From Negaprion brevirostris (Eukaryota): a DNA stretch of 64,000 nucleotides. A program made the position numbers and the translations under genes. Location: the NCBI GenBank assembly GCA_030324005.1, contig JARDVH010000001.1, forward strand, positions 143,563,196-143,627,195, given 5' to 3'. Below, in pieces: positions 25,630 to 37,360 of the stretch; position 1 is the first letter of the stretch, and the number at the start of each line of letters is the position of its first letter. The notes beneath the pieces were generated by a model that did no database searches, had not been told where the DNA came from, and worked only from the letters and a program-made list of their open reading frames with translations.

Positions 25630-26250
25630 CAGGCATTGATCAGAAACTTAACTGAAATCATCACATGTACACTGCGGCTAAAGCTATCCAGAGCAGGGCA
25701 GAAATTGGGAATTCTGCGGCAAACAACTTACTTCCTGACTCCGCAAAGCATGTCCACCATCTACAAGGCACAGGGCAAGAGTGTGTTGGAATACTCTCCA
25801 CTTGCCCGGATAAATGCAGGTCCAATGACACTCGAGAAGATTGGTACTATCCAGGGCAAAGCAGTGCCCATCCATCATCTTGTGTTCACCTTCTCCATCA
25901 CCAGCACACAGTGACAGCAGTGCATGTACCATCTATTAATTCAGTGCAGCAATTAAAAGACACATTTGAAGCATGCCTTGAAGGATAAGGCAACAAACGC
26001 ATGAGATCATCAATAACTGTATGTCACTTCTAAACCACACAGGATCATGGCTTGGAATCATACTGCCATTCTTTCACTGCTGTTGAGTTGAAAAGCTGGA
26101 ACTTCCTAACAGATGTGCCTACATTGCATGCAGTGCAGTGGTTCAAGGAGGCAGCTCACCACCACTTACCTCTGCATAGACAATTAGGGATGGGCAACAA
26201 GTGCAGACCTTGCGAGGGGCATTTGAATCCCATGAAAGAATATTTTAAAA
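25630..26250 (+). mobile_element. CR1-group LINE (second family) 3' end
   Basis: AGQKLGILRQTTYFLTPQSMSTIYKAQGKSVLEYSPLA plus the tail CAATTAGGGATGGGCAACAAGTGC. Confidence 0.85.
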
Positions 26251-26299
26251 TCCTCCAATCTGTAAAGTTAAGTTCTTCCAAAACTCTCGCCGACTCTTA

Positions 26300-26660
26300 T
26301 CCCACATGAAATTCTGCTCATCCATCACCACTATTCTCAGTAACCTATATCAGCTTTCAATATCCCAACATATCAAACTTAAAATTCTTATCCTCATGTA
26401 TCAATTTCTTTAATATCTTGGTTCCTTCCTTTGTCCAGCTGTTGATACTCTGCCTTTAACCACCTTGATCTCAATCTGGAATTCCCTTCCTAAACCACCT
26501 ACTAAGGCCCTCTATTTAGCTTTGTCCATTCAGTCATTCTTCCCAATGGATCCTCTTTGGCTCAGCATCCAACATTTTTACCCCCCGCGATAATGCCTCC
26601 ATGAAGTGGTTGTCTAATTTTTTCCACACATAAAAGCACTATACTCAATGTGAGTTACTG
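26300..26660 (+). mobile_element. Decayed L2 3' end
   Basis: TAAAATTCTTATCCTCATG...TCTGGAATTCCCTTCCTAAACC...ATAATGCCTCCATGAAGTG. Confidence 0.55.
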
Positions 26661-27074
26661 CAGTTTAATGCAACACTTCAGTTATATTCCACACTATATT
26701 AATGAGTGAGAGAGGCTCTCCTCCAGAGAGGCTCGTAAAACTCTGGAGTCATACCAGTGGTTCCATTGTCATGAAGTAGTAATTACTCAACTCCAAATAG
26801 CTACAATATGGATGGACAAGCTTCGGGTCACTTCGCAAAAAACAAGAAACAGCATGAGTTGAACATTTCATACCTCACTATCTCAAACCAATTTGATAAC
26901 TTCACCAGGTAATGGATGGTTTGACTAAAGCAGCAGGCTATTGCTAATTATTTTGGGTTTTATTAATAATGCAACAAGCCAGGAAGAAAAGCAGTAAAAT
27001 CATCTACACTACACTAGCCACTTACAGGTTCATTCCAGCCAAACACCATCACTTGTCTTTATTATTCATGACGT

Positions 27075-27390
27075 TAGAGTTGCCAACCCTCCAAAAGTGC
27101 TCTGAAGTCTCCAGGCATTAAATGCTAATCACAAGGTCACAGCTGCGAGCGACTCAGAAGGAAGATCAAAGGGGCAGTAAAAAAAATTGTTTGAACAATT
27201 TTGTCCACAAGGTATAAAAAGAAAAATGTTGTTTGATTGATCACAAATCCTCCAATCAGGGACTGAAGAATCAATTTGCCTTTCAATTGGTTTGGGAATG
27301 TGGACATTTGGTGAACCAATGAAGTGAGTGATGGAGATGAGCTGTGACGACACTCCTCCAATATGTCCAACCAGGGATAGCAAGCTTTAA
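27075..27390. mobile_element. Ancient hAT MITE (TAGGGTTGCCAAC-type termini; OldhAT1/MER53-like)
   Basis: Starts TAGAGTTGCCAACCCTCCAAAAGTGCTCTGAAGTCTCCAGGCATTAAA and ends with the degenerate inverted GGGATAGCAAGCTTTA. Confidence 0.45.
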
Positions 27391-27877
27391 CAATGTCCAA
27401 GATCTTCACAAGACACCCTAAAAGTACAATAACCTAAAAAAAAATCAGACGGAAAAAGTATGAAGTTCTGTTATCTCTAATAAATGTTGAACCACAAGTG
27501 CCATGCAGAGTTTGCTTGTAATTATATAAGGATTAAAGTGGTCTTAGAATCCCTACAGTGCAGAAGGCACATGTTTCAAACATGCAACTTAAAGTGAGCT
27601 CAGAAGAAGTATAATTGACATGTAGATAAGACTAAGATATTCTAATGAGTTGTTTTCAAATTTTTAATTGCGCCAAAGTCAAACAAAGATGCCTAACATT
27701 GCCTGAATAAACTGGAAGGGCAGCAATAGTGCAACACTAAATTAAAGAATAAAAACATCAAAAACAGGTCATTTTTTCCAACCGTCAGTTGGAAAATTTT
27801 GATGGCTTACATTTGAGTATGAATCACATTTCTAGTTGTACAGCTTAGAAAAGCACCTACCTACCAGATTAAGAAAA

Positions 27878-28783
27878 AAGCAAAATACCGCTGATGCTGT
27901 AATCTGAAACAAAAACAGAAAATGCTGGAAAATCTCAGAAGATCTGACAGCATCTGTGGGGACAGAATAGAACCAATGTTTCATGTCTGGATGACCCTTC
28001 TTCAGAGCTGAGAGCAAAGAGAATCAGCAGAGATTATACAATGAGGGTGATGGAGGCAGGAGTGGAATAAAACAAAGGGGATGTAAATGATATAGAAGGC
28101 TGAGAAGGTGTTAAGAATATCCATTAAATGATCAGAATGTATAAATGACAGAACAAACATGCAGATTGTTCAAGGACAGCCTGAAGAATGTGGCAGTTGC
28201 CCTGAAAGGGGTCAGGAGGGGGGTGGGAGCAAGGAGGAGAGCTGGAATGGCAAGTGGAGAAATGGAGGAAAGAAAGATAAGATAGATCAATAGGATGAAA
28301 CAAACTTAAATAAAATAAATAGAAAAGGGTTGAAGGTGGAGAAGTGAGTTCATCCTGTGAAGGTGAATTCAATGTTACAGTTCAAGGCTGTAAATTGCCC
28401 AATCGGAAGATGAGGTGCTGTTCCTCCAGTTTGTACTAGGGTTCACTAGAACATTGCCTGTCCACATGTCCGTCCTTGGCCTCTTGCAATGTCCTTGGGC
28501 CAGCTGCCACATTTATCAGATAATCCCCTAATAATCTAAACTTTTATTTTGCCATTCACACATTTTGATCACTTAATGGGCTTCTTAAGCATCTTCCTCA
28601 GCCTTCATCATCACCATTTACATTCCTTTTGCCCAATTACAGACTCCCACACCTCTTAAATCTTGTCCAGTTTTCCTCTCTCCTGCTCTGACGAAGGGTC
28701 ATCGAGACTCGAAATGTTGGCTCTATTCTTTCTCCTCAGATGCCGTCAGAGCTGCTGAGTTTCTCCAGCATTTTCTGTTTTTG
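27878..28783. mobile_element. Penelope-like element with two inverted arms
   Basis: The minus arm encodes the GIY-YIG C-terminus QCSSEP*YKLEEQHLIFRLGNLQP. The plus arm starts HMSVLGLLQC. The same pseudo-LTR occurs at 27878-28010 (-) and 28685-28783 (+). Confidence 0.85.
28685..28723 (+). ncRNA. Minimal hammerhead-ribozyme-like core in a Penelope pseudo-LTR
   Basis: CTGACGA (28688-28694), stem GGGTC-ATCGA-GACTC, then GAAA (28711-28714). Confidence 0.55.
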
Positions 28784-29015
28784 AATTAGGAAATTATAGA
28801 TAGCAGCTATGTTGTCAGGGGAAAAGGAGGAGGAACACTACTTTGTCTAATTGTGGTGCTTTCCCTCCTCAGGGTGATTATTACTAACGCTGGGTGGCCA
28901 AAGCTGTTGTATTCCTCAAATTGCGGCAGCCAACAACAATATAATTTTTTTTTAATATTCCAGATTGCTATGGCCTTGTTGACAGAAAAAAATGTTAACC
29001 AAGTTTTTCATTTTT

Positions 29016-29037
29016 TATATATATATATATATATATA
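29016..29037. repeat. (TA)n microsatellite
   Basis: About 11 TA units, read directly. Confidence 0.95.
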
Positions 29038-29589
29038 ATATAGAATATAAAATTAGTTCACATGGTTTCCCCATCTCCAAGGGCATCCTACAAACAGCTG
29101 CACAAACAATTCACATTCTGTTCTGTGTGGTGATCTGTCTATATTTTATACATCTTTTTCCTGCAGTACATTTTGATTAGTGCAAGTTCATAAAGTGCAG
29201 TTGGATGATGGGTTGCATTTCACACCTCCATCCACTGACACATTAAACTGCGAGAAGAGTAGGTGGTCCATAAAACTCTCTTCCCTCATTTCTCTCCTAC
29301 CCACCAGCAGCACTACTTCATCCAGGGAATAAAAGTTCATCTATTGTGCTAAGCATTTGGCAGCTCCACGAAGCAGAAAGGAAAAAGAAATACAATCCTT
29401 ATGTGTTTTGTGCGTCACAGTCTGAAATACGTTTTCACTATCTGTCTTCACAGAACAGTACGAAAGCTACTCGAAACCCAGCTCTCAGCAGTGAGCTAAA
29501 AATAGGAGTTTAAACAGTTGTAAACATTAATGATCGTTGCTGCTCATTACCAGTCTACCAACAACAACAAACTGTTTTGATCTCCAACC

Positions 29590-29790
29590 ATTTTCTCCCC
29601 CATCACCTCCAGAATGACTCCTTGCGGAGCAGAATTCTATACCAAAATAACCATGATTCATGCATACCTGTGGCGATCAGCAGGCTATTCAGCCACAAAG
29701 GATATCACAGATAAAACCATCCTCCAAAGTCCCTACGCGCACACTGTCAAAATGGCCACTGCATGCACAAAATGTTTGCCTCTGTATCCG
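29590..29790 (-). mobile_element. Old SINE remnant (possibly LF-SINE-related)
   Basis: The reverse complement contains GGCTGAATAGCCTGCTGA, recalled from a shark SINE consensus. It appears to be the same family as 48930-49225. Confidence 0.35.
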
Positions 29791-30248
29791 AGCCTGCCTT
29801 ACCCAAGAATGTCAAGGTCAAATCTAGTTTAAGTTTATTTTTTAGTCACNNNNNNNNNNNNNNNNNNNNNNNNNNNNNNNNNNNNNNNNNNNNNNNNNNN
29901 NNNNNNNNNNNNNNNNNNNNNNNNNNNNNNNNNNNNNNNNNNNNNNNNNNNNNNNNNNNNNNNNNNNNNNNNNNNNNNNNNNNNNNNNNNNNNNNNNNNN
30001 NNNNNNNNNNNNNNNNNNNNNNNNNNNNNNNNNNNNNNNNNNNNNNNNNNNNNNNNAACACTTGAAAATATAAAGAAAAACAGAAAATAATTTAACATAT
30101 CCAGTACAGGGTTTTGCACATTCCTCCAGACATCATTTTTCTGAAATGATGGGTGTAAGGACAAGCCTACCAGGCAACCTCCAATACTTGTCACTCCACT
30201 AAATCTTGAGGGGCTGCGGGATTGATGAAATAAGAAATTACTCTAAAT

Positions 30249-31264
30249 CAGTGGTTCTGAAACTGGGGTCTGCACAGACTTCCCATAAGGTCAGCAAAAT
30301 AAGCTTCTTCTTAGGCAAAAAAGAGAAAAACACAAGGAAAAAAGGAAAGAACAAATACATTCCATTCATTTGGTACAAGTTAGCAGTGGTTGTACATACA
30401 AGTAGCTGATAAGATGTCTACTTGCAAAGCACCCTAATACTTGCCCTTCTTTGCAGTGAAGGATGCCACAGCTGTTATAGTTTACAGGGGCAAGTCTCAC
30501 ATTTATTTTTGATGGGGTACTTGCCAAGGTATTTGGATACTTTCAATTTGGACTAATGCAATAAACAAGGGTTATTATAATGCTGTTGGCCTGCTGAGTA
30601 TTTCAAGCATTTTCTGTTTATATCAATCTCCTGTTGACTTGATTCTTGCAATCATGGAAGCGCTGTCAGTTAGACTTACTTTAATCTTCCAACACATTGT
30701 AATGTAAACTCCCCATATGATTGAATAAGAGAGAAATTGGGCTGGGTTTGCACAAGTGTGTAAAACATTGCTGAGAATGTCACATTCAAGTGAGTAATAG
30801 AATCGAAGGGGCAGAAACTGATAAGATTATGGGAAATTTTTTTTAAAAATTAAAATAATAACCTGTTTGAGCCTGTTAAACATCTAAAAAAGATTAAACT
30901 ACCGGCAATACTGATTTGGCCAGAAGTTATTTGCATTGGATGCAATCTTTGTGCCGCCTGCATGTGTGTCATCAACAAGCAATCTTTAACCACATTAAAA
31001 GAAGTTCAATTGGCAAGCTCTAGAAGGTAGAGTTATGCTTGTCCTTCATCTCGTTTGTCTGTTCTGTCTCATCACTGTCGACATCAGTGTAACAGTTCTT
31101 AAATTGCTATTCTAAGCAATTATCTGTTTTCTTAAAAGCTTCATTGAAACACTCTTACACATCCAGTATGAGTATCGTGTATCATTATCATTTGGATTGG
31201 AGGTCAGTGATTGCAAATGCATTTGAAACAGAGTCCATGAACCAAAAATGCTCGAGAACTAATG
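30249..31264. mobile_element. Decayed hAT-Charlie-type DNA transposon
   Basis: Termini are CAGTGGTTCTGAAAC and GCTCGAGAACTAATG with subterminal GGGGTC/GAGTCCATG. The 8-bp flanks CTCTAAAT/CCATAAAT fit the NTCTARAN Charlie target consensus. Confidence 0.6.
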
Positions 31265-31339
31265 CCATAAATGACCCTGGAAGCGTGCAGTATTGAACAA
31301 GGAATCACCCTGAATATACTCAATTTAACCACAATTCAA

Positions 31340-32445
31340 CGATATCAGTACATTCATACCTTCCAAAGGAAAATGGTCATGGGTTTGGAGGCTAATCATT
31401 GCAGCCCAGGATGCTGCTGTTGGTGTTCCTCCTGGAAGTAATCACCCAAAAAATCATCACCTGCTTAATCAATTGCCTTCCAACACAAGAATCTATGAGA
31501 TTCTGAGATAAGGCCAGGAGCTGGTCAATGATGACTCAATGTTCATATGTATTTTCAAATCCTCCAATAATAAAACAGCTCATACCAGCCTATAATTGAA
31601 CCTGGGCAATATCTAGGCTTGGGCACACAAATGGCTGATAAAATACATGCATATGACAGGTAGTGACAATCTCCAAGAGAAAACACCCATCTCCCATGAA
31701 CTCCAGCAGCGTTAGCATCACCAAGTCCTCTGCCATCAGTACCCTGGGAACCACCATTGATCAGTACCTTAACCACAATGCAAGGAACTCAACAAAAGCA
31801 GGAAGAAAAATTTGACCAAGTTCAGCAAGACTTGTGGAGCAGTTTCTAGAAAATGTGGGGCCACCACAGCAAACACAGTTAATGATCTTGTTGGCACAGA
31901 AGACAAAAAGTTCTGTTCCACACAATGGAACATTTTTTGGATCAACCTAATTTTACTGTTATTGACCAGCTACAGAGACGGGCAGAGTCCATGGTACTCT
32001 GATATTTGGCTCACTGGCCCTCAATTTTCTTTAAGCCAATAATTACATCTCACTGATGCTATAAGTCACACCTTGAATGAAACTCAAAAATGCCAAACGT
32101 GCATCTAATTCTATGGTTAGAATTTCCAGGTACTGCTGCTCGGTGCTGCTGTAACACTTGGGCAGCTTGACATCATCCTGAACAGAGAATTCCACTTGAA
32201 GGGCACACCTGCTACTGGATTCAATATTCAACCTTCTTACCATCAGGTATTTACTTGTAAATGGAGAACAACATCATCTCCAAATCCCCCTCCTCACTGA
32301 TCTGGATTAAATTCCTTCATCACCGCAGAGTCAAAATTCAGAACAATGCAATAACTCAAAAAGGTGCACTGATAGTTCCTCAGGGCAATGGGAGGGGGAG
32401 GGGGCAATAAAATGTAGCTTTGCCTGTGTCATCCATGAGAACAAA
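31340..32445 (+). mobile_element. Fragmented old CR1-group (second family) LINE
   Basis: CAGCCCAGGATGCTGCTG, ACCTGGGCAATATCTAGGCTTGGGC, GGGAACCACCATTGATCAG and the tail CTCAGGGCAATGGGAGGGG..GGCAATAAAATG, with unique sequence at about 31780-32110. Confidence 0.55.
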
Positions 32446-32854
32446 ATAGGGAAATGTAATGATGCAAGCAAGTCAACAGATAATAAACAAAATCATTCAT
32501 GTAATAATGCAGAACTTACAATCTGGATACGTATAAACTACTTCATCCTGGGAAAATGTACTTTACTTGTTGGTTTAGCTCATATCTCAGTTTTCTTTAA
32601 GCCAATGACTACATCGCACTGATGTTGTAAGTCACACCTAGAGTGAAACTCAAAAATGCCAAACGTGCATGCAACATCTACGCATTGGATACACGTATAC
32701 AAACAAGACCAAGGGCTTGAACAAGCTGCAGTATTTATTGGCATACATTCCAAAACATATACGTATACAAAATTTACATGAACACATACATACCTACGCA
32801 CATAATGTATGTATGAAATATATATTAATCAATCACACACTCCTCTGAGCTTAC

Positions 32855-32966
32855 CAAGATTCCAGACGGCAACTTGAGGGTTCTATTCCTCTATAAATTG
32901 CTTCAGCTTTCACATTAGCAAAACCATATACATCAGCGATCCAACCAATTGCCTGTCATTCTTCGA
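32855..32966 (-). other. Candidate 112-nt non-coding or poison exon
   Basis: Acceptor TTTAGGTTTTTTCAG and donor TTG|GTAAGC. All three frames contain a stop. It lies in repeat-poor sequence. Confidence 0.4.
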
Positions 32967-35168
32967 CTGAAAAAACCTAAATCAAAAGGAACACTGCAGT
33001 TCCTTAGAGCCTAGGAAAACGTTCTATTAAAGACACTAATATTCCAGCATTGTTAGATTTGATGTCAGCAAAAATAGCGACAAAGAAAATCCACAACTCA
33101 ACAGGTGAGTCAACACAAGTTGAGGATTGGGAAAAATTAAAATACTGCTTTCTTGAAACTATGGTATTTGCAGCACTATGTTGTAGCCAAAAGTGATTAT
33201 GCTGTCGAAACAAAGAAAATGTTTGCATTGCCACTTCAAGCACAATCTATAGACAATAGCAACAAGGCGGGGAGCAGAATAGTCAATTTCCTTGATCCAA
33301 ATGTACAGTTTGAAATTAGATTAATCTACAATTATAGAGAGAGTGTGATCCAATATGATTTGAAGTCTCACTCTAGTTTGAATGAGCCCAGTGAAGCAAG
33401 GACATGCTAACATGGCAAGATTTTCAGCATTAACGAGTCATGAATAGGATTATCTCATTAATCACTGGCACAAAGAATCAAGCTGGGAAGGAGGATCATG
33501 AAGAAAATTGCATAATTTTATACTATCTTTCAAACTGAAATTAAAGATAAAGTGGACAGCTTTTCTGAGCTCCAGAATGTCAACATATTGTCATACTGTG
33601 CATGATCAAATCACATCGTTCCCTCATAAACAAATCTCTGCTTCACAATGTCAAATATACAAAATTAACCTCCACAAGGCAAGGAGCATTTAAAATAAAG
33701 CACACCAAAAATTCATAATTTGGAAGTTAAATAGATGCATACCTCAAAATATTTTAGCTGAACGGTTCACAAAACCAGAAGTAAAAAAATCATAGCTTTT
33801 AGTCCACTTCACTGCTGAGAAAACAATCATGTTCACCAACACCCACCGAAAGTTGTACAGGATGTGGGTGGATGTTTTCTCCTGAGCAACATGACAACTA
33901 TAGCCATTTGAAAAAAAATGTTAAAATCAAAATGGGTAGTTTAGAAAATAAAATAATCTACGAAAAACAGTCTCTTCTCCAAATTTCACAATTAACTCTG
34001 AATATGCCAGTGAATACTGAATGATGAATATTGACATGCCGTTACAATCAAAGTCAATTCCAACATTTTTAAGGAAATCCACTTTGCTTAGCAACTGCTC
34101 ATGTTTTGCAGATACTGCTTGCCAAACTGAACCCATTACTAACCACTTCAGTTAAAGCACTTAAATTCTTAATTGTCGCAAATCTATCCTTGGTCTACAC
34201 AGTTGTGAAATCTCAACATTTCTGTGCAAATAATCAAAAATAAAATTTATGACAGACAATGATTTACAACAGCTGAAACAAAATAAAAGCTTTACAAATA
34301 CATCACAAAATCTGTTCTAGCTTTTCCAAAATTCTTGAAATTGCAAAATACCTTTTAAACAAAAAAAAAAATCAGAATTCACTTCCAAGAAGAGCTGGTT
34401 TTAAATGTTGTCATCCTTGGGCATACAGGCAGCTAGAACATCCACTGACAAGGGGCTCTGCTACTACAAATGAAAAAAACCTCAGCCTAATAAGCGTCAG
34501 GTAGTCTTACCACCATTACATCAGTGCCCCCACTGGGACTTACTATGGGGGTGGGGAAAACAAAACACACATTGGCAAGGTCTTGCCGCATCAGCAAGAG
34601 AATGAGCTGTAAGCAGTCACTGCACATTCTAACCCCCAACCCCCAAATTACAGTCACTACACTGGTCAGCTCAGAAGCCACCTATCAGCTGTAAAGAAAC
34701 CACTGGACTCAGTCCAAACTGGCAACTAATAGCATAAACGAAGTCATAGAGAGTCCACCAGGGACCTGCAGAAAATAGTGCTGGACGCTCAGTGAATTTC
34801 ATTGGCTGACAACACATGCTGTGGCTATCTTTCAGTAACTTGAGAAATTACACATAGCTGTTATGACATCTCACAGCATAACTGCAGCACAAACAGGACA
34901 CGGGTATAAGTATCATTTAACCTTTCACTCTCGTCAAATGCACTACCATGCTCAAATCCTTAAGACAATATTTAACTGATATATAATTTTCTCTTTCAGT
35001 GTACATACAGTAGAAATAGTTCCTTCAAACAGCTTATAGACAAGTTGAATAAACATGTGTGTCAAGGCCAAAGCAAAACCAAGAATTATGTACTAACATC
35101 AATACTTTAACCATCATTAACACAATTAAATATGATTAAAATGACTAAATTAATTGGTCCCTACTCAC

Positions 35169-35177
35169 GTCTCTATC
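35169..35177 (-). other. Candidate 9-nt microexon GATAGAGAC (13 nt if the upstream AG is used)
   Basis: TGTGCTTGTTATCATTCCTGCAAGAAAG|GATAGAGAC|GTGAGT, with TGC close to the acceptor. Confidence 0.35.
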
Positions 35178-35364
35178 CTTTCTTGCAGGAATGATAACAA
35201 GCACAATTAATTAACTCAATTAAAGTGAAAACTGAACATACTTAACAGAAACCTCTCATTAGAAAAATATTGCAAGTGTACCTTGCAGCAATTAAAATAG
35301 CAACTTAAAGTGTGATGATTCGGAATTCAAGTTAACATGAAATAATACAAGTAAAATATTATTG

Positions 35365-35522
35365 TGGCTGGAATAAATTTTTGAATAGTAAAGGAATTAA
35401 GGGTTTTGGTGAGCAGGTGGGCAAGTAGAGCTGAGTCCATGAAAAGATCAGCCGTGATCTTACTGAAGGGCGGAGCAGGCTCGAGGGGCCAGATGGCCAA
35501 CTTCCTTCTCCTAGTTCTTATG
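35365..35522 (+). mobile_element. CR1 3' tail
   Basis: AGATCAGCCGTGATCTTACTGAAGGGCGGAGCAGGCTCGAGGGGCCAGATGGCC...TAGTTCTTATG. Confidence 0.85.
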
Positions 35523-35754
35523 TAACCAAACAAAAACTAAAAAATGTTGAACCTCGCAGATGGTGAACTGCCCATTGCCATCTCTGCCTCAGTTTAGCTA
35601 CTGTTGAAACCCTCAGGTATGCCTTTGTGACCTGTAAACTTGACTCTGACAATGTTCTCCTTGCTGGCCTTCCATCTTGCAAACTCCATAAACTTGAGCT
35701 CATTCAAAACTCTGCTCCACATATCCTAATATTCTATTTTTGTGGATATAAGTT

Positions 35755-36053
35755 GAAGTTTTTTTAAATTAGTGTCATAAGTAGAATTACATTAACACTG
35801 CAATGAAGTTACTGTGAAAGTCCCCAAGTTGCCAAACTCCGTCGCCTGTTCGGGTATGCTGAGGGATGATTTAGCATGGCCAATGCACCTAATCAGCAGG
35901 TCTTTCGAACTGCAGGAGGAAACCACAGCACCCAGAGGAAACCCACGCAGACAAAGGTAGAATGTGCAGACTCCGGACAGACACTAATCCAAGCCGGGAA
36001 TCAAACCTGGGTCCCTGGTGCTGTGACGCAGCAGTACTAACCACTGTGCCATT
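35755..36053 (-). mobile_element. HE1/V-SINE with type B tail, nested in CR1
   Basis: TTAGTGTCATAAGTAGAATTACATTAACACTGCAATGAAGTTACTGTGAAAG...GCAGCAGTACTAACCACTGTGCCA. Confidence 0.9.
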
Positions 36054-36951
36054 GTAACTAGTAGAATGGATGAATAGATACCATACATCTGAAACTTTCA
36101 GCAGGTTTTTGATAAGGACATTCACAAGAGGTTATCTGGCAAAATGTAATTACCTGGGACCGGGAATAATGCATTGGCTTGGATTAAGAATTGGTTGACA
36201 GACAGGAAAACAGAGTATGGAAGTAAAGGGTCTTTTTCCAAGTGGAGGCATTAAATAATGGGGTACTGTTGGGATCACTGCTTGGACCCCAGCTGTTCAT
36301 GATATATATAGCTGGATGAGGAAACTAAATGTAACATTTCCAAGTTTGGTGATGACACAAAATTGTGAGTTGTGTGGAGGATGCAAGGAGGCTTCAAGGT
36401 GAGTTAGACAAGTTGAGAGAGTGGGTGAACACATAGCAATGCAGTCCAACTTGGCTAGATGTGAAATCACACACTTCGGTGAGAAAACCAAAAGGAAGAC
36501 TATTATTTAAATGGTGATATACGGGGAAGTGTGGATGTACAAAGAAATCTAGTGCCCTTGTACACCAGTCAGTGAAAGAGAAGAGGCAGGTGCAGCAACC
36601 AATTAGGAAGGCAAAATGGTGCGTTGCCATTCATCACAAGAGGTTTTGAGTTCAGAAGTAGGGTCGAGATATACAGGACCTAGGTAGGACAACATCTGGA
36701 GCAGTGTGTGTAGTTTTGGTCTTCCTACCTAAGAAAGTATATAATTGCCATAGAGGGAGTGCTGAGGAAGTTCACTAGGTTGATACTGAAGTTTGACGGG
36801 ACTGTTCAGTGAGGAGAGATTGGTTTGACTGAAGCTGTATTCACTAGAGTTTAGCAGAATGAGAGGAGATCTGATTGAAACGTATAAAATTCTAACAGAG
36901 CTAGAAAGACTAGATGCAGGGAGAATGTTTTCCCTGGCTGGGGAAACTAGA

Positions 36952-37360
36952 TGTAGAGATGCCGGTGTTGGACTGGGGTAAACACAGTAAGAAGTCTCAC
37001 AACACCAGGTTAGGGTCCAACCAGTTTATTTGATAGTAAACTCACATGCTTTCGGAAACGGTGTTCCTTTGTCAGGTGTGTGGAAGTATCTGATCGNNNN
37101 NNNNNNNNNNNNNNNNNNNNNNNNNNNNNNNNNNNNNNNNNNNNNNNNNNNNNNNNNNNNNNNNNNNNNNNNNNNNNNNNNNNNNNNNNNNNNNNNGTAA
37201 ACTCACATGCTTTCGGAAACGGGGTTCCTTTGTCAGGTGTGTGGAAGTATCTGATCGGAACCTTCCACACACCTGACGAAGGAACACCGTTTCCGAAAGC
37301 TTGAGAGATTACTATCAAATAAACTGGTTGGACCCTAACCTGGTGTTGTGAGACTTCTTA
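36952..37360. mobile_element. Young palindromic Penelope-derived insertion with 14-bp TSD
   Basis: Inverted arms of about 100 bp (AGTAAGAAGTCTCACAACACCAGGTTAGGGTCCAACCAG... and its reverse complement). TSD CTGGGGAAACTAGA at 36938-36951 and 37361-37374. Confidence 0.85.
37268..37308 (+). ncRNA. Minimal hammerhead-ribozyme-like core
   Basis: CTGACGA (37273-37279), stem GGAA-CACCGT-TTCC, GAAA (37295-37298), overlapping the palindrome AAGCTT. Confidence 0.6.

Noticed and set aside
29835-30194. ORFs spanning N runs (also 1490-1877, 7387-7591, 13229-13750, 53707-54148)
   Set aside because: They are open only because N codons hide stops.
37036-37257. Direct repeat of about 61 bp either side of gap 37097-37196
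   Set aside because: The copies differ at one base and abut a 100-N gap, typical of unmerged contig overlap rather than true duplication.
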